64,000 nucleotides of DNA from a virus (lineage: Duplodnaviria; Heunggongvirae; Uroviricota; Caudoviricetes). Under the pieces are notes generated by a model. It did not search any database, was not told where the DNA came from, and saw only the letters and a list, made by a program, of their open reading frames with translations. The stretch covers positions 128,001 through 192,000 of the IMG/VR virus record IMGVR_UViG_3300031999_000001; one strand, given 5' to 3'. Of the stretch, positions 38,732 to 48,584 are shown in pieces (position 1 is the stretch's first letter; each line of letters opens with the position of its first letter). A program made the position numbers and the translations under genes.

Positions 38732-39627
38732 TCTAAGCCGAGTGTTAAATAAGCATCAAATTTATAACCATCTTTAGTAGTAAATTCATATTTCATATCA
38801 ACATCAGGACTAACATCCATTATTTTTCTGCGAATAGTAAGTGCATCCAGAGCTGGCATTGCATCAACAAATTTATCAATATATAATCTGTCGGTTTTTT
38901 CATTAATTGCAATAATATGTGCTTTTAATTTCATTGTACTATATTGACTAAAATCCTCACCATATGCTTCTTTAATTGATTCGGCTTTTTTAAATAAAAG
39001 ATTATCATCACCAGAACTAATTAATTTAAAAGTAATTATTTTTTTACGCATTGGTAATTCAACTTTAAAAAAACCTAATTCATCGGGTAATTCTTTAACT
39101 TCTTTATATTTAAGTTTTAATAAATCAACTTTAGTTGGAAAAGCAACACCAGTCCTTGGATCACTTACTTGTACACTATATTCCGGACCATAACTTGAAG
39201 TACGAAGAAATAAAATAATAGCATTTCTATCACCAGCTAATAAATCTTCAACAACAACGCCTTGTGTTTTAATTTTTCTTTTTAATAAAATATCTAAAAT
39301 AATACCACTATCAAGTAATGATGGTGTAGTAAGCATGTCTTCATCTCTCGATGTCATATATTCAACATTAACTTCAGATAATCCATTTAGATAAAATAAA
39401 CCTTTTGATGGTAATTTAATAATTTCATATGATGTCATTAAATCAGGGTCTGTTTCTCTTAACATTGTTTTTTCAAATTCCTGCGGATTAAAATGAGTTG
39501 GTTTTGGTATTGCATTAGCACTTATAATTGGATTATTTTTTCCAGTAATATTACCAGTTCCTTCTTTATATTTTTTTAATATATCAGAAATTTTTTCTTT
39601 TGGTGGTAATTGTTCTTCTTGTCCCAT
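38710..39627 (-). CDS. Baseplate hub assembly / tail assembly chaperone (T4 gp26-like)
   Basis: LPSKGLFY, MTSRDED, GDRNAIILFLR..SYG motifs; ends LDFFFPST. Confidence 0.72.
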   Translation of the reverse strand: MGQEEQLPPKEKISDILKKYKEGTGNITGKNNPIISANAIPKPTHFNPQEFEKTMLRETDPDLMTSYEIIKLPSKGLFYLNGLSEVNVEYMTSRDEDMLTTPSLLDSGIILDILLKRKIKTQGVVVEDLLAGDRNAIILFLRTSSYGPEYSVQVSDPRTGVAFPTKVDLLKLKYKEVKELPDELGFFKVELPMRKKIITFKLISSGDDNLLFKKAESIKEAYGEDFSQYSTMKLKAHIIAINEKTDRLYIDKFVDAMPALDALTIRRKIMDVSPDVDMKYEFTTKDGYKFDAYLTLGLDFFFPST

Positions 39628-39664
39628 TTTTTATAAATTTTTATATTTTATTATTGTTTTTTTA

Positions 39665-39672
39665 ATAAATAC
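39665..39672 (-). promoter_or_regulatory. GTATTTAT late motif
   Basis: Upstream of the ATG at 39627. Confidence 0.55.
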
Positions 39673-39783
39673 TATAAAAAAAATTTTATTTAATTCAAGA
39701 TTTTTATTTTAAACTCGTATTAATATATATGGTTGATAATATTTTATATACTTACTCTTTTTTAATGTAAAAATTTAAATAAA

Positions 39784-40071
39784 ATGATGGAAAAAAATTT
39801 AATAATTGTAATTTATGTTGGTGTTGCTGGTGTTAGAAGTGAAGATATTCCTCATTTTGTAGAAAAAATAACAAAAAAAATTGCACCATCAACATTTGAA
39901 GGTGAATTAATTATTATTCCAACACAATCACTTGATACTAAAATTGAATGTATTAATCCTAAATATATTACAAACGAAGAATTAATTAAGGAACACACAG
40001 AAATGGTGAAAAATTTAAAAGAACAACTTCAATTTAGATTAGATATTTTAAAAGATAAAAATAATGAATAA
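39784..40071 (+). CDS. Hypothetical protein
   Basis: 95-aa ORF heading a + strand operon. Confidence 0.55.
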   Translation: MMEKNLIIVIYVGVAGVRSEDIPHFVEKITKKIAPSTFEGELIIIPTQSLDTKIECINPKYITNEELIKEHTEMVKNLKEQLQFRLDILKDKNNE

Positions 40072-40813
40072 ATTAAAAATAGGAATTGATATTAATGAAG
40101 TATTAAGAGCCAAGTGGCTTCAGTTTGATAAATTTTATGTACAGGAATTCGGAGAAGAAGGTGTTCCTAAAGAACAACCATATGTTTATGATTTTTTTAA
40201 TACTTATAAGTGGAATGACAGGGTGGAAATCATTAAAGAATTAAAAGAACCAGAAGATATGCCAGATGATATTAATCCAATTCATTATAAAATTGATGAA
40301 AATACTGGCGAAGCAAATGCAGATATTTTTTTATTTAAAAAAAATGAAGAAATTAAATTAAGTGCAAAGGAAGTATATAATCGTTTTATGTATGAAGACT
40401 TTACATTCGAAATTTTCGGTAGTGCATCAATGATGTATAAAAACATGGACCTTCATGTTAATAAGTTCATTGAAAAATATAAAAATACTGTAGATTTTAT
40501 TATTTTTTCAAAGGAAAATCAATTCAGTGTGCCATCAACACTATTTTTCTTAAGTAAAATAAGAAGTAGATTCAATAACTATCGTTTTGTTGAAAACAAT
40601 GGGGAAATCTGGGATAATGTTGATGTATTCATAACAACAGACCCGGAATTTCTACAATTAATTCCTGAAGGAAAATGGGTAATTAAATTAAAAAGACCAT
40701 ATAATGAAAATTTAGGTAATGATTCAATCATTTCTGTACTTCAATTACATGATTTATTTGAAAATGAAGAATTTGAAAAATTAATAAATTATATAAAACC
40801 AATAATAAAATGA
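40064..40813 (+). CDS. HAD-like 5'(3')-nucleotidase-fold protein with degenerate DxD
   Basis: IGIDINEVLR at the N-terminus and KRPYN near the C-terminus. Confidence 0.55.
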   Translation: MNKLKIGIDINEVLRAKWLQFDKFYVQEFGEEGVPKEQPYVYDFFNTYKWNDRVEIIKELKEPEDMPDDINPIHYKIDENTGEANADIFLFKKNEEIKLSAKEVYNRFMYEDFTFEIFGSASMMYKNMDLHVNKFIEKYKNTVDFIIFSKENQFSVPSTLFFLSKIRSRFNNYRFVENNGEIWDNVDVFITTDPEFLQLIPEGKWVIKLKRPYNENLGNDSIISVLQLHDLFENEEFEKLINYIKPIIK

Positions 40814-42018
40814 GTGAAGAACTATTAAATAATGAAGCACAAAAAGCTGAATTAGAAAAAATTGAAAAGATTAAAATATCTTTAGATAAACTTGTAAATA
40901 AGAAATCAAAATTCTTATTCTGTATGCCAGAATCTCAAAGTCCTGTTGCAAGTATATATGAAATTTATTTTCATGCAACAATTGTAAAAAATATGGGTTA
41001 TGATGTTTTTATTTTAGTTGAAAAGGGCGACTATGTTGTACCAACTTGGATTGAAAAAGAACTTACAAATCATAAATTTATTTCAATGAGTGATCCAAAA
41101 TTAACGGTAGGTCCTGAAGACATTATGATTATTCCTGAAATATATTCAAATGTAATGGAACAAACAAAAAATTTACCTTGTGTTAGAATTGGCTTACTTC
41201 AATCTGTTGATTACATGATAAATGCTTTAATTCCGGGAACTGATTGGAAATCTTTTGGTATTAATGATATAATTACAACATCATTAACACTTAAAGAATG
41301 GATTGAAACATTTTATGGTAAAAATAAATTTAATATTAAAACATATAATGTGGGCATTCCCGAATATTTTGAAAAATCAAAAATACCACAAAAACCAATA
41401 GTGTCTATTATTGGTAGAAATGCTAACGAAATTTCAAAACTCGTAAAATTATTTTTTAACAGATTTCCACAATATAGTTGGATAACATTTGACCCTATGC
41501 TTACTAAAAGTAAACCACCACAAGCAATGAGAAGGGTTGATTTTGCAAAAAGATTACAAGGTAATTTTGCTGCAGTTTGGATTGACAGAATAGCATCATT
41601 TGGCACTTTTCCTCTTGAGTGTATGAAATCAGGTGTTGTTCCAATTTCTTTAAAACCCGATATTATACCAGAATATATACTTGAAAGAGATGAAAACGGC
41701 ACTGTTATTAAAATTATTGAAAATGCTGGTGTTTGGGCAAATAATTTTTATGATCTACCAATACTCATTGGTGAAATAATAATTAAATTTTTAGACGATA
41801 ATATTATTCCTGAATTATATGAATCAATGGAAAAAATTGCATCTAAATATACACAGGAAATATCTGAAAATAAATTAACTGAAATTTATCAGGAATTTAT
41901 TACTGAAAGAATTAATTTATTTCAAAGTGTGCTTCAATCTACACAATTATCTCTAAGCACACCAATACCAACTGAACCCCAACAACAAATTAATTTTACA
42001 GAACCACCAGTTGCATAA
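40810..42018 (+). CDS. GT-B glycosyltransferase-like protein
   Basis: MIIPEIY, LLQS and SFGTFPLECMKSG motifs. Confidence 0.7.
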   Translation: MSEELLNNEAQKAELEKIEKIKISLDKLVNKKSKFLFCMPESQSPVASIYEIYFHATIVKNMGYDVFILVEKGDYVVPTWIEKELTNHKFISMSDPKLTVGPEDIMIIPEIYSNVMEQTKNLPCVRIGLLQSVDYMINALIPGTDWKSFGINDIITTSLTLKEWIETFYGKNKFNIKTYNVGIPEYFEKSKIPQKPIVSIIGRNANEISKLVKLFFNRFPQYSWITFDPMLTKSKPPQAMRRVDFAKRLQGNFAAVWIDRIASFGTFPLECMKSGVVPISLKPDIIPEYILERDENGTVIKIIENAGVWANNFYDLPILIGEIIIKFLDDNIIPELYESMEKIASKYTQEISENKLTEIYQEFITERINLFQSVLQSTQLSLSTPIPTEPQQQINFTEPPVA

Positions 42019-42050
42019 TAAAAATAAGTTTAAAATAAAAAAATATAAAA

Positions 42051-42863
42051 ATGAATATTTCAATAATAATTCCAATAATTGAGTGTGACGATAAAGTTAC
42101 GCCTTTATTAACAAAAGCAGTAGAATCAATAGTAAAACAAGAAAATGTCGATTCGTTACCAACAATTTATATTGTATTTCCAAATGTAATTGAAGCCAGT
42201 GTTGTTGGATTTAGAGATTCAATGATACGTCTATATCAAGATAAATTAAGTTTTGTTTTAATTAAAAATGATAACAAAACAGATTATCAATCACAAGTTA
42301 ATTTGGGTGTTGATACAATAACTACCGATTATTTCTCAGTACTTGAATTTGATGATGAATATAGTACAACATATTTTAGAAATGCTCTTAAATATGTTGA
42401 AACATATCCAGAAATTGATGTATTTCTGATAATGATGATTGAGGTTAATGATAAAAATGAAGGAATTAAACTAACAAACGAAATCATTTGGTCACAACAA
42501 TTTGTTGGCGAAAATGGTGAAATGGGTTATTTAAATACATCAGCATTAAAACAATACACAGATTTTAAATTGTCAGGTGCAATTATTAAAAAATCAGAAT
42601 TCATAAATCTTGGTAGATATAAATCAAATATTAAATTGACTTTTATGTATGAGTTTTTGCTTAGAGCATTAAATAATGCATGTAAGGTATTTTCAATTCC
42701 AAAAATTGGTTATAAACATCTTGTAACCAGAGAAGGAAGTTTATTTGATATATATCAAAAAACAATGCCAATTGATGAAAGGAAATTTTGGTTTGAAATT
42801 GCAACAAAAGAAGCAAATTTTCCAACCGACAGAGTAATTGATATATCAATATTACAAAAATAA
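42051..42863 (+). CDS. GT2 glycosyltransferase-like protein
   Basis: ISIIIPI, QVNLGV, LEFDD and GYKH motifs. Confidence 0.72.
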   Translation: MNISIIIPIIECDDKVTPLLTKAVESIVKQENVDSLPTIYIVFPNVIEASVVGFRDSMIRLYQDKLSFVLIKNDNKTDYQSQVNLGVDTITTDYFSVLEFDDEYSTTYFRNALKYVETYPEIDVFLIMMIEVNDKNEGIKLTNEIIWSQQFVGENGEMGYLNTSALKQYTDFKLSGAIIKKSEFINLGRYKSNIKLTFMYEFLLRALNNACKVFSIPKIGYKHLVTREGSLFDIYQKTMPIDERKFWFEIATKEANFPTDRVIDISILQK

Positions 42864-42886
42864 TTAATATTTTTTGATTATGAAAA

Positions 42887-43756
42887 ATGAAAGAAAATGA
42901 AGAAAACGAACCCTATTTTGCGGAAAGGGAAGAACAAGCAGTTATAAATTACATTAATTCAAATTCTTTAGAAGAAAAAAATAGAATTTATAATGAAATT
43001 TTAATTGAACCTTTTCGAAAAATGATACAATCAATATTAAGACGATATCCAATACATATTGGAAATTATAATATTCAAGAAGTAGAATCTAATGCTCTTA
43101 CTCATTTAATTGAACATATGGTTAAATATAGACCATTTATTATTGAATATAATAAAAATGATACTCCAAAATGGATTAAATCAAATATTTATAAGTATTT
43201 TCATATTGAAGAAGCTAATGAAAAATTAAAATCTTTAATTGAAGAAGGTAATAATAATTATAATTATAGAATATTTAATTCCAAATCATTCAGTTATTGT
43301 CAAACAATAATTCGAAATCATTATAAAGATCATAGTAAAAAAAGTTATACTGAAAAAAAAATTAATTTATCTTTTGATGATTATGTTGATGAAATTAATG
43401 AAAATATTGAATATTCATATGAAATTGAAATGGAAACCCAACATCAATTTGAACAATTAATTAATACTGTTGTTGAAAAAATTGAAGATAAAATTGATAA
43501 TGACCTCATAATGAAGAAAAATGAGATTATTGTTGGTGATGCAATTGTAAATGTTTTAAAAAATTGGCATGTATTATTTATGGAAGAGAGTCCTAAAGGC
43601 AAATATAATAAAAGAGTGACTAATAAATTTGCAAAAAATAAAATTTTACTTTTTTTGAAAGAACAAACAGGATTATCAACAAAAGAAATACGAATTGCAA
43701 TAAAACCATTTAAAGAAATATATTTTATTGAAAAAATTGATTATCTTGATGAATAA
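42887..43756 (+). CDS. Phage sigma factor, T4 gp55 (late)-like
   Basis: N-terminal YF..EE.AV..Y and region-2-like KY(RP)...KSFSYCQTIIRN. Confidence 0.62.
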   Translation: MKENEENEPYFAEREEQAVINYINSNSLEEKNRIYNEILIEPFRKMIQSILRRYPIHIGNYNIQEVESNALTHLIEHMVKYRPFIIEYNKNDTPKWIKSNIYKYFHIEEANEKLKSLIEEGNNNYNYRIFNSKSFSYCQTIIRNHYKDHSKKSYTEKKINLSFDDYVDEINENIEYSYEIEMETQHQFEQLINTVVEKIEDKIDNDLIMKKNEIIVGDAIVNVLKNWHVLFMEESPKGKYNKRVTNKFAKNKILLFLKEQTGLSTKEIRIAIKPFKEIYFIEKIDYLDE

Positions 43757-44243
43757 AGTATATCAAACTATTGTAGATAGAAGACATGGCAATTGCACAC
43801 AAGCTGCAATTGCAAGTTTATTTGAATTACCACTTGAAGCCGTACCTAATTTTAATTCATTTGGACAGAAATGGTTTGAAGTATTCTATAAATTTATTCG
43901 TGAGCAAGGATATGAATATGATGGTTGCCTTTATAATTATAATCAATGGCGTATAATTAACAAAAGAGAGGGCAAACCAATGGCTAAACTAAGAAATAGA
44001 TTACATAAAATAAAGAATATGTATGGTGTTAAAGATTATTTTTATGCCAGTGTTTATTCTCCAAAATATTATGACTCAAATGATAAACCACCAGTAACAC
44101 ATGCAGTTATTATTGATAAAAATTTTAATATTGTACATGATGTTAATCCCGAAAATATTAATATTATTAATTATCCAGAAGCAAAAGGGTTAAAATATAA
44201 TGGAATTCTGGATATTTATATGATAAATCCTATTTCCAAATAA
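43749..44243 (+). CDS. Hypothetical protein with possible papain-like Cys/His pair
   Basis: QT...GNCTQAAIASL, THAVII and HDVNP motifs. Confidence 0.45.
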   Translation: MNKVYQTIVDRRHGNCTQAAIASLFELPLEAVPNFNSFGQKWFEVFYKFIREQGYEYDGCLYNYNQWRIINKREGKPMAKLRNRLHKIKNMYGVKDYFYASVYSPKYYDSNDKPPVTHAVIIDKNFNIVHDVNPENINIINYPEAKGLKYNGILDIYMINPISK

Positions 44244-44246
44244 CAC

Positions 44247-44254
44247 GTATTTAT
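44247..44254 (+). promoter_or_regulatory. GTATTTAT late motif
   Basis: On the + strand ahead of the + strand structural operon. Confidence 0.55.
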
Positions 44255-44335
44255 ATGTACTAAAACTATAAAATGAAATTAAGTCGTGTATTAGTAAAAT
44301 TATAAATAATAGAAAAAGAATTAAAATTTATTAAG

Positions 44336-44716
44336 ATGTGCCCCCGTCCAACCAGAAAAAAACTAAAATTTGATGAAGATAGTGTAAATAAATTACTTCA
44401 GGAAATTTATGATGAATCATGTAATGTTAAAGCAAAAATCATTCGCCTATTTACAAAATGGGAATTAAAAGTAAAAGAAGGCGGTGAAATTGCTGCAATT
44501 GGTGATCAGATTGTTAAACTTATTGCTGCAGAAGCAAAAAATCAAGATCAAAAAATTATGCTTCTTAAATATTTAAAGGAAGTTGTATTTGAAAAGAAAA
44601 CAAATCCTGATGATACCCCAGAAGAAAGCGGTAATGTAACAACCGAAAGAAGAAATCAATTATTACATATGGTTCAAGAAGAAATTGATAAAAAAGAAAG
44701 GAATAAAAAAGAATAA
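44336..44716 (+). CDS. Hypothetical protein
   Basis: 126-aa helical ORF. Confidence 0.55.
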   Translation: MCPRPTRKKLKFDEDSVNKLLQEIYDESCNVKAKIIRLFTKWELKVKEGGEIAAIGDQIVKLIAAEAKNQDQKIMLLKYLKEVVFEKKTNPDDTPEESGNVTTERRNQLLHMVQEEIDKKERNKKE

Positions 44717-46017
44717 TGAGTTTAAGTGATGATAAAAAAAATATATTTACTACTATTGGTGCATATACTTCTTTAAAACAAGAAAGGAATTTGCCCGATA
44801 CGACCAATTTATTTTCATCAATTAATAATAAAAAAGATGTTGTACCCTTTTTACTTGATATTCTTAAAACTGTTGTTGGTACTGATGCCTTAAAACAACT
44901 TACTGGTCAATTATTTACTGATTTTATTGATAATGTTGAACCAAAAATAAAAGCAGCATTAAACAAACAAATGATTCAATATAACGCAGGTGATGAACTT
45001 CCAACATGCTTTATAACAGGAATTTTAGTACCAGTAAAAGATATTGATATATTTGGTAAATTAAAAACAAATCCAAATTCGGCAGAAGGTAGTTTATTAT
45101 ATGGTTCAACAATTAATTTTGATAAGATTGCTTATCAGGCAATTTTAAATGCTGGAACAGATACTTCATATTATAATTTATATATTAATTATAATGAAGC
45201 AACAGATAGTTTCATTTTTAAACCAAAACTTGATATTGTACCAAATCCAACAATTGGAGAATGGCTTGGAAATTTCATTAACGATACTGTTATTATTAAT
45301 AAAAAAGAATTTTTAAGCAACGTAATGAATGCTATTTATGGTAGTATTACAACAAATCAAAATAAAACTGTTGAACAAATATATAATGAATTACAAATAA
45401 GCAAATTAATTGAACAATTAATTGATGATAATGATAGTTTTGAAATAACACAAAATGAATTTGATGCATTACTACAACAAGCACAAGCATTGATTAATGG
45501 TGTTATTTACTATGATATGGGGTGTGGTGTTATTGGAGCTACGTTACCATTAAGTGGTATGACTAAATTAATTTCAGAAATATCTGGTTCAACAGATTCT
45601 TTTGTTGTTGGAAATGCTATTGAAGCAACAATTAATGAAAGTACTGCTGATGTGCAAGAAACTGCAGCAGAAAATAAACAAACAATAAAAGACGGATTTT
45701 TTCAGAGACTAATAAAAATAATTCAACAAATGTTGGCACAACTAATGACAACATCACCACAAATTCGAGCACTTCTTGCAATAATAAGTGCTTTTGAAAA
45801 TAATGGCATTGTTCAAATTGGAAATCCAAAAGATGATCTGAAAAAATTTAAAATATTTTTAAAATGTATAATAAAAGAAGCAACAAAAATGATAAATGAA
45901 TTTATTTTTAATCTTGTGATTACATTTTTGGTTGCATTGCTTGCACCAATAATAAAAAAAATAATCAGAGAAAAAATTAATCAATACACAGATATTATTA
46001 AGAGTTTAATTATTTAA
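44716..46017 (+). CDS. Hypothetical protein, probably virion-associated
   Basis: 433-aa ORF in the same operon as the baseplate spike. Confidence 0.5.
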   Translation: MSLSDDKKNIFTTIGAYTSLKQERNLPDTTNLFSSINNKKDVVPFLLDILKTVVGTDALKQLTGQLFTDFIDNVEPKIKAALNKQMIQYNAGDELPTCFITGILVPVKDIDIFGKLKTNPNSAEGSLLYGSTINFDKIAYQAILNAGTDTSYYNLYINYNEATDSFIFKPKLDIVPNPTIGEWLGNFINDTVIINKKEFLSNVMNAIYGSITTNQNKTVEQIYNELQISKLIEQLIDDNDSFEITQNEFDALLQQAQALINGVIYYDMGCGVIGATLPLSGMTKLISEISGSTDSFVVGNAIEATINESTADVQETAAENKQTIKDGFFQRLIKIIQQMLAQLMTTSPQIRALLAIISAFENNGIVQIGNPKDDLKKFKIFLKCIIKEATKMINEFIFNLVITFLVALLAPIIKKIIREKINQYTDIIKSLII

Positions 46018-46021
46018 AATC

Positions 46022-46219
46022 ATGATAGTAGATCAAAAATTAAATAAACAATTTGTGGGTATTTATCTTATTGATGGGGATATTGATGGTACACAACTTG
46101 CAACAACAATTAAACCAAATTGGTTCAGAATATTGATAACCAAATGGTTTTTGGGTTGGAAATGGATAAGTATAAAAAAATTAAAAATTGAACAAGAAAC
46201 ACAAAAATTAAAAAAATAA
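46022..46219 (+). CDS. Small hypothetical protein
   Basis: KPNWFR...FLGWKW; tight packing. Confidence 0.5.
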   Translation: MIVDQKLNKQFVGIYLIDGDIDGTQLATTIKPNWFRILITKWFLGWKWISIKKLKIEQETQKLKK

Positions 46220-46220
46220 A

Positions 46221-46628
46221 ATGGCTATTGATTTTAATAATATTGATGCTATTGTTGCTGGATTTAATAAAATATTAAAACTCTCTACAATTGGTGGTCC
46301 ACCACCAGTTCCAGTACCACTCATATTAGTTGGTGTAATGAAACGACCCGGATTATCACCAATAAAGATTGCTTCACGTATTATTGCCAGAAAAAGTGAA
46401 GCAGGATTACCCGTTGGTACATTACCATCAGGTGGTGTTTCCCCTGATGAAATTATGGAAAGAATTAGAATTGAAGAAATTGTAAAAGCACTTCAACAAG
46501 ATGCTGTAATTACAGTTGCAATTCCACCCGGAATTACAATAACTGCAGCAGGTATTTCACCAACAGGACCTGTTTCGGTGTTTGGTTCAACAATATATTA
46601 TGCTAAAGGATATGGAGTTATACAATAA
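46221..46628 (+). CDS. Hypothetical protein, possibly spike-associated
   Basis: Pro/Gly-rich C-terminus (IPPGITITAAG); upstream of the spike gene. Confidence 0.5.
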   Translation: MAIDFNNIDAIVAGFNKILKLSTIGGPPPVPVPLILVGVMKRPGLSPIKIASRIIARKSEAGLPVGTLPSGGVSPDEIMERIRIEEIVKALQQDAVITVAIPPGITITAAGISPTGPVSVFGSTIYYAKGYGVIQ

Positions 46629-46834
46629 TGGAAGATTTATCAAAATATACACCAACAGAATTGTTAAAATTAATTAATGATGTTAAAATAAAACATGAGA
46701 TATTAAGACAAGAAATTATTAATCATACTCTTGAAGTCGATGAACTTGAAAGAATAATTAATGAAAAATTAGAAATTTTAACCGAATTCGAAAAAAATTA
46801 TGTTGTATTAATTGAAGAAATGAATAAGAAATAA
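46628..46834 (+). CDS. Small coiled-coil protein
   Basis: 68-aa ORF with TAATG overlaps at both ends. Confidence 0.5.
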   Translation: MEDLSKYTPTELLKLINDVKIKHEILRQEIINHTLEVDELERIINEKLEILTEFEKNYVVLIEEMNKK

Positions 46835-47724
46835 TGTCATTTGATAAACCCATATTACATAAAAGTAATCCATATAAACCTGTTGGACAAACAGATATTG
46901 TAACCAGAACAATATATTATGGTGAAGTAACTTCTATTGAAGACCCAACTGATGGTGGAAGAATAAAAACAAGAATTGCTGGATTAGATAATAGAACAGC
47001 AAATATTGACTTACCTTGGTGTTATCCATTAATGCCAAAATTTTTTCATGTTTATCCACAAGTTGGTGAAATGGTTAGAATTTTTATTGAAGATATTAAA
47101 TATCCAGAAAGAAGCAGATTTTGGCTTGGTAGTATTATATCACAACCACATAAAATCGGATTTGATTCAACATATACCGCATTATCAACAACAAATATGA
47201 CACTCATAGTACCAGAACCTGCACCAACAACATTTCCCGATGCAGATGGTATATATCCCTTAAAAACAGATGTGGCAATTATTGGTAAGGTAAATACTGA
47301 TATTATTTTACGTATAAATGAAGTGCATATTAGAGCTGGTAAACATGAAAATGATAATGTTTTAAAATTAAATGTTAAAAATCCTGCAGAAATAAGTCTT
47401 ATTTATGAACAAAAAAAAGAAAGTGATACATATTATACTAATACTATTATAACAAGTGATAAAATTGCTTTAATTTCACATTCGGGAATCCCACAATTTA
47501 AAGCAGTAAGATTAGAATCAAAAGACAGGGAAAGAATATTTAAAGAAGGTCATCCAGTTGCAAGGGGAGATGTTTTGGTTGAAGCATTAAATATTATTCG
47601 TAATGCATTAATTAATCATATTCATGGATATTTAAATCTTCCTGCAGATAAAAATGCAATTATTAATAATTTAGAAAAAATTAATTTTGAGTCAATTTTA
47701 CAAAAAAACATTGTAACAAATTAA
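46834..47724 (+). CDS. Baseplate central spike (gp5/gpV OB-fold)
   Basis: GEVTSIEDPTDGGRIKTRI, LPWCYPL, PQVGEMV and a C-terminal HIH metal-binding tip. Confidence 0.8.
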   Translation: MSFDKPILHKSNPYKPVGQTDIVTRTIYYGEVTSIEDPTDGGRIKTRIAGLDNRTANIDLPWCYPLMPKFFHVYPQVGEMVRIFIEDIKYPERSRFWLGSIISQPHKIGFDSTYTALSTTNMTLIVPEPAPTTFPDADGIYPLKTDVAIIGKVNTDIILRINEVHIRAGKHENDNVLKLNVKNPAEISLIYEQKKESDTYYTNTIITSDKIALISHSGIPQFKAVRLESKDRERIFKEGHPVARGDVLVEALNIIRNALINHIHGYLNLPADKNAIINNLEKINFESILQKNIVTN

Positions 47725-47746
47725 TATTTATATATCTTTGTTATTA

Positions 47747-48538
47747 ATGGATTCAAAATTATCAATACCCAGCGAATTATTTACAACATTTAATGATATT
47801 ACGTTTTATGATGAACCACATAAATATTTTCTTAATAATAAAGAACTGATTTCAGTAACAACTTTAATACATAAATATCAAGAAGAATTTCAAGAAGATT
47901 ATTGGTCAAACTATAAAAGTGAGCAATTTCATATTAGTCAGAAAGAGATTTTAAGGGCATGGAATTTCATTAACAAGAAAGGGATTATAAAAGGGTCAGC
48001 TATTCACGATTATGCCCAGAATCTCTTTGAAAATAAGAAATTTGAGTATCCGAGTGACATAATAGTTAAAGAATTTGGTTTTGACCCTGTAATTAATGAA
48101 TATAATATTACAAAAAAACATGTTGATAAGTTTTATAATGATGTTCACGGTAAATTAATACCAATTCGAACAGAAATGATTGTTTATGATAAAGAATCAT
48201 TAATTGGTGGAATGCTTGATATATTATTTTATAACATAAAAGCAAAGGAATTTCAGATTTGGGATAATAAAACCAACAAAGATTTTACATTTGAAATGAA
48301 AAGCAGACATTTACTTAATGAATTATATGTGTTAGAAGATTGTGATTTGGAATTATATTCATTACAACTTGGTTTATATAAATATATTATTGAAAAAAAT
48401 ATTTCAATAAAACTTGGTAAATCATATATTATTTGGTTTTCACATAATAATTCAACATATCAAATTATCGAAGCAAAAAATAGATCATATTATGTTGATA
48501 TTATTGTAAAAAACAGAATTAATGAATTACAAACATAA
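47747..48538 (+). CDS. PD-(D/E)XK exonuclease
   Basis: SVTTLI, GSAIH, GMLDIL, WDNKT and YSLQLGLY motifs. Confidence 0.8.
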   Translation: MDSKLSIPSELFTTFNDITFYDEPHKYFLNNKELISVTTLIHKYQEEFQEDYWSNYKSEQFHISQKEILRAWNFINKKGIIKGSAIHDYAQNLFENKKFEYPSDIIVKEFGFDPVINEYNITKKHVDKFYNDVHGKLIPIRTEMIVYDKESLIGGMLDILFYNIKAKEFQIWDNKTNKDFTFEMKSRHLLNELYVLEDCDLELYSLQLGLYKYIIEKNISIKLGKSYIIWFSHNNSTYQIIEAKNRSYYVDIIVKNRINELQT

Positions 48539-48584
48539 TATATTTGTCCAAAACAATTTATTTTGACTCCTTTTTTTAATTTGA

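Noticed and set aside
47747-48538. Cas4/CRISPR system
   Set aside because: It is a generic PD-(D/E)XK nuclease without the four-Cys cluster, and I saw no repeat-spacer array or cas genes.
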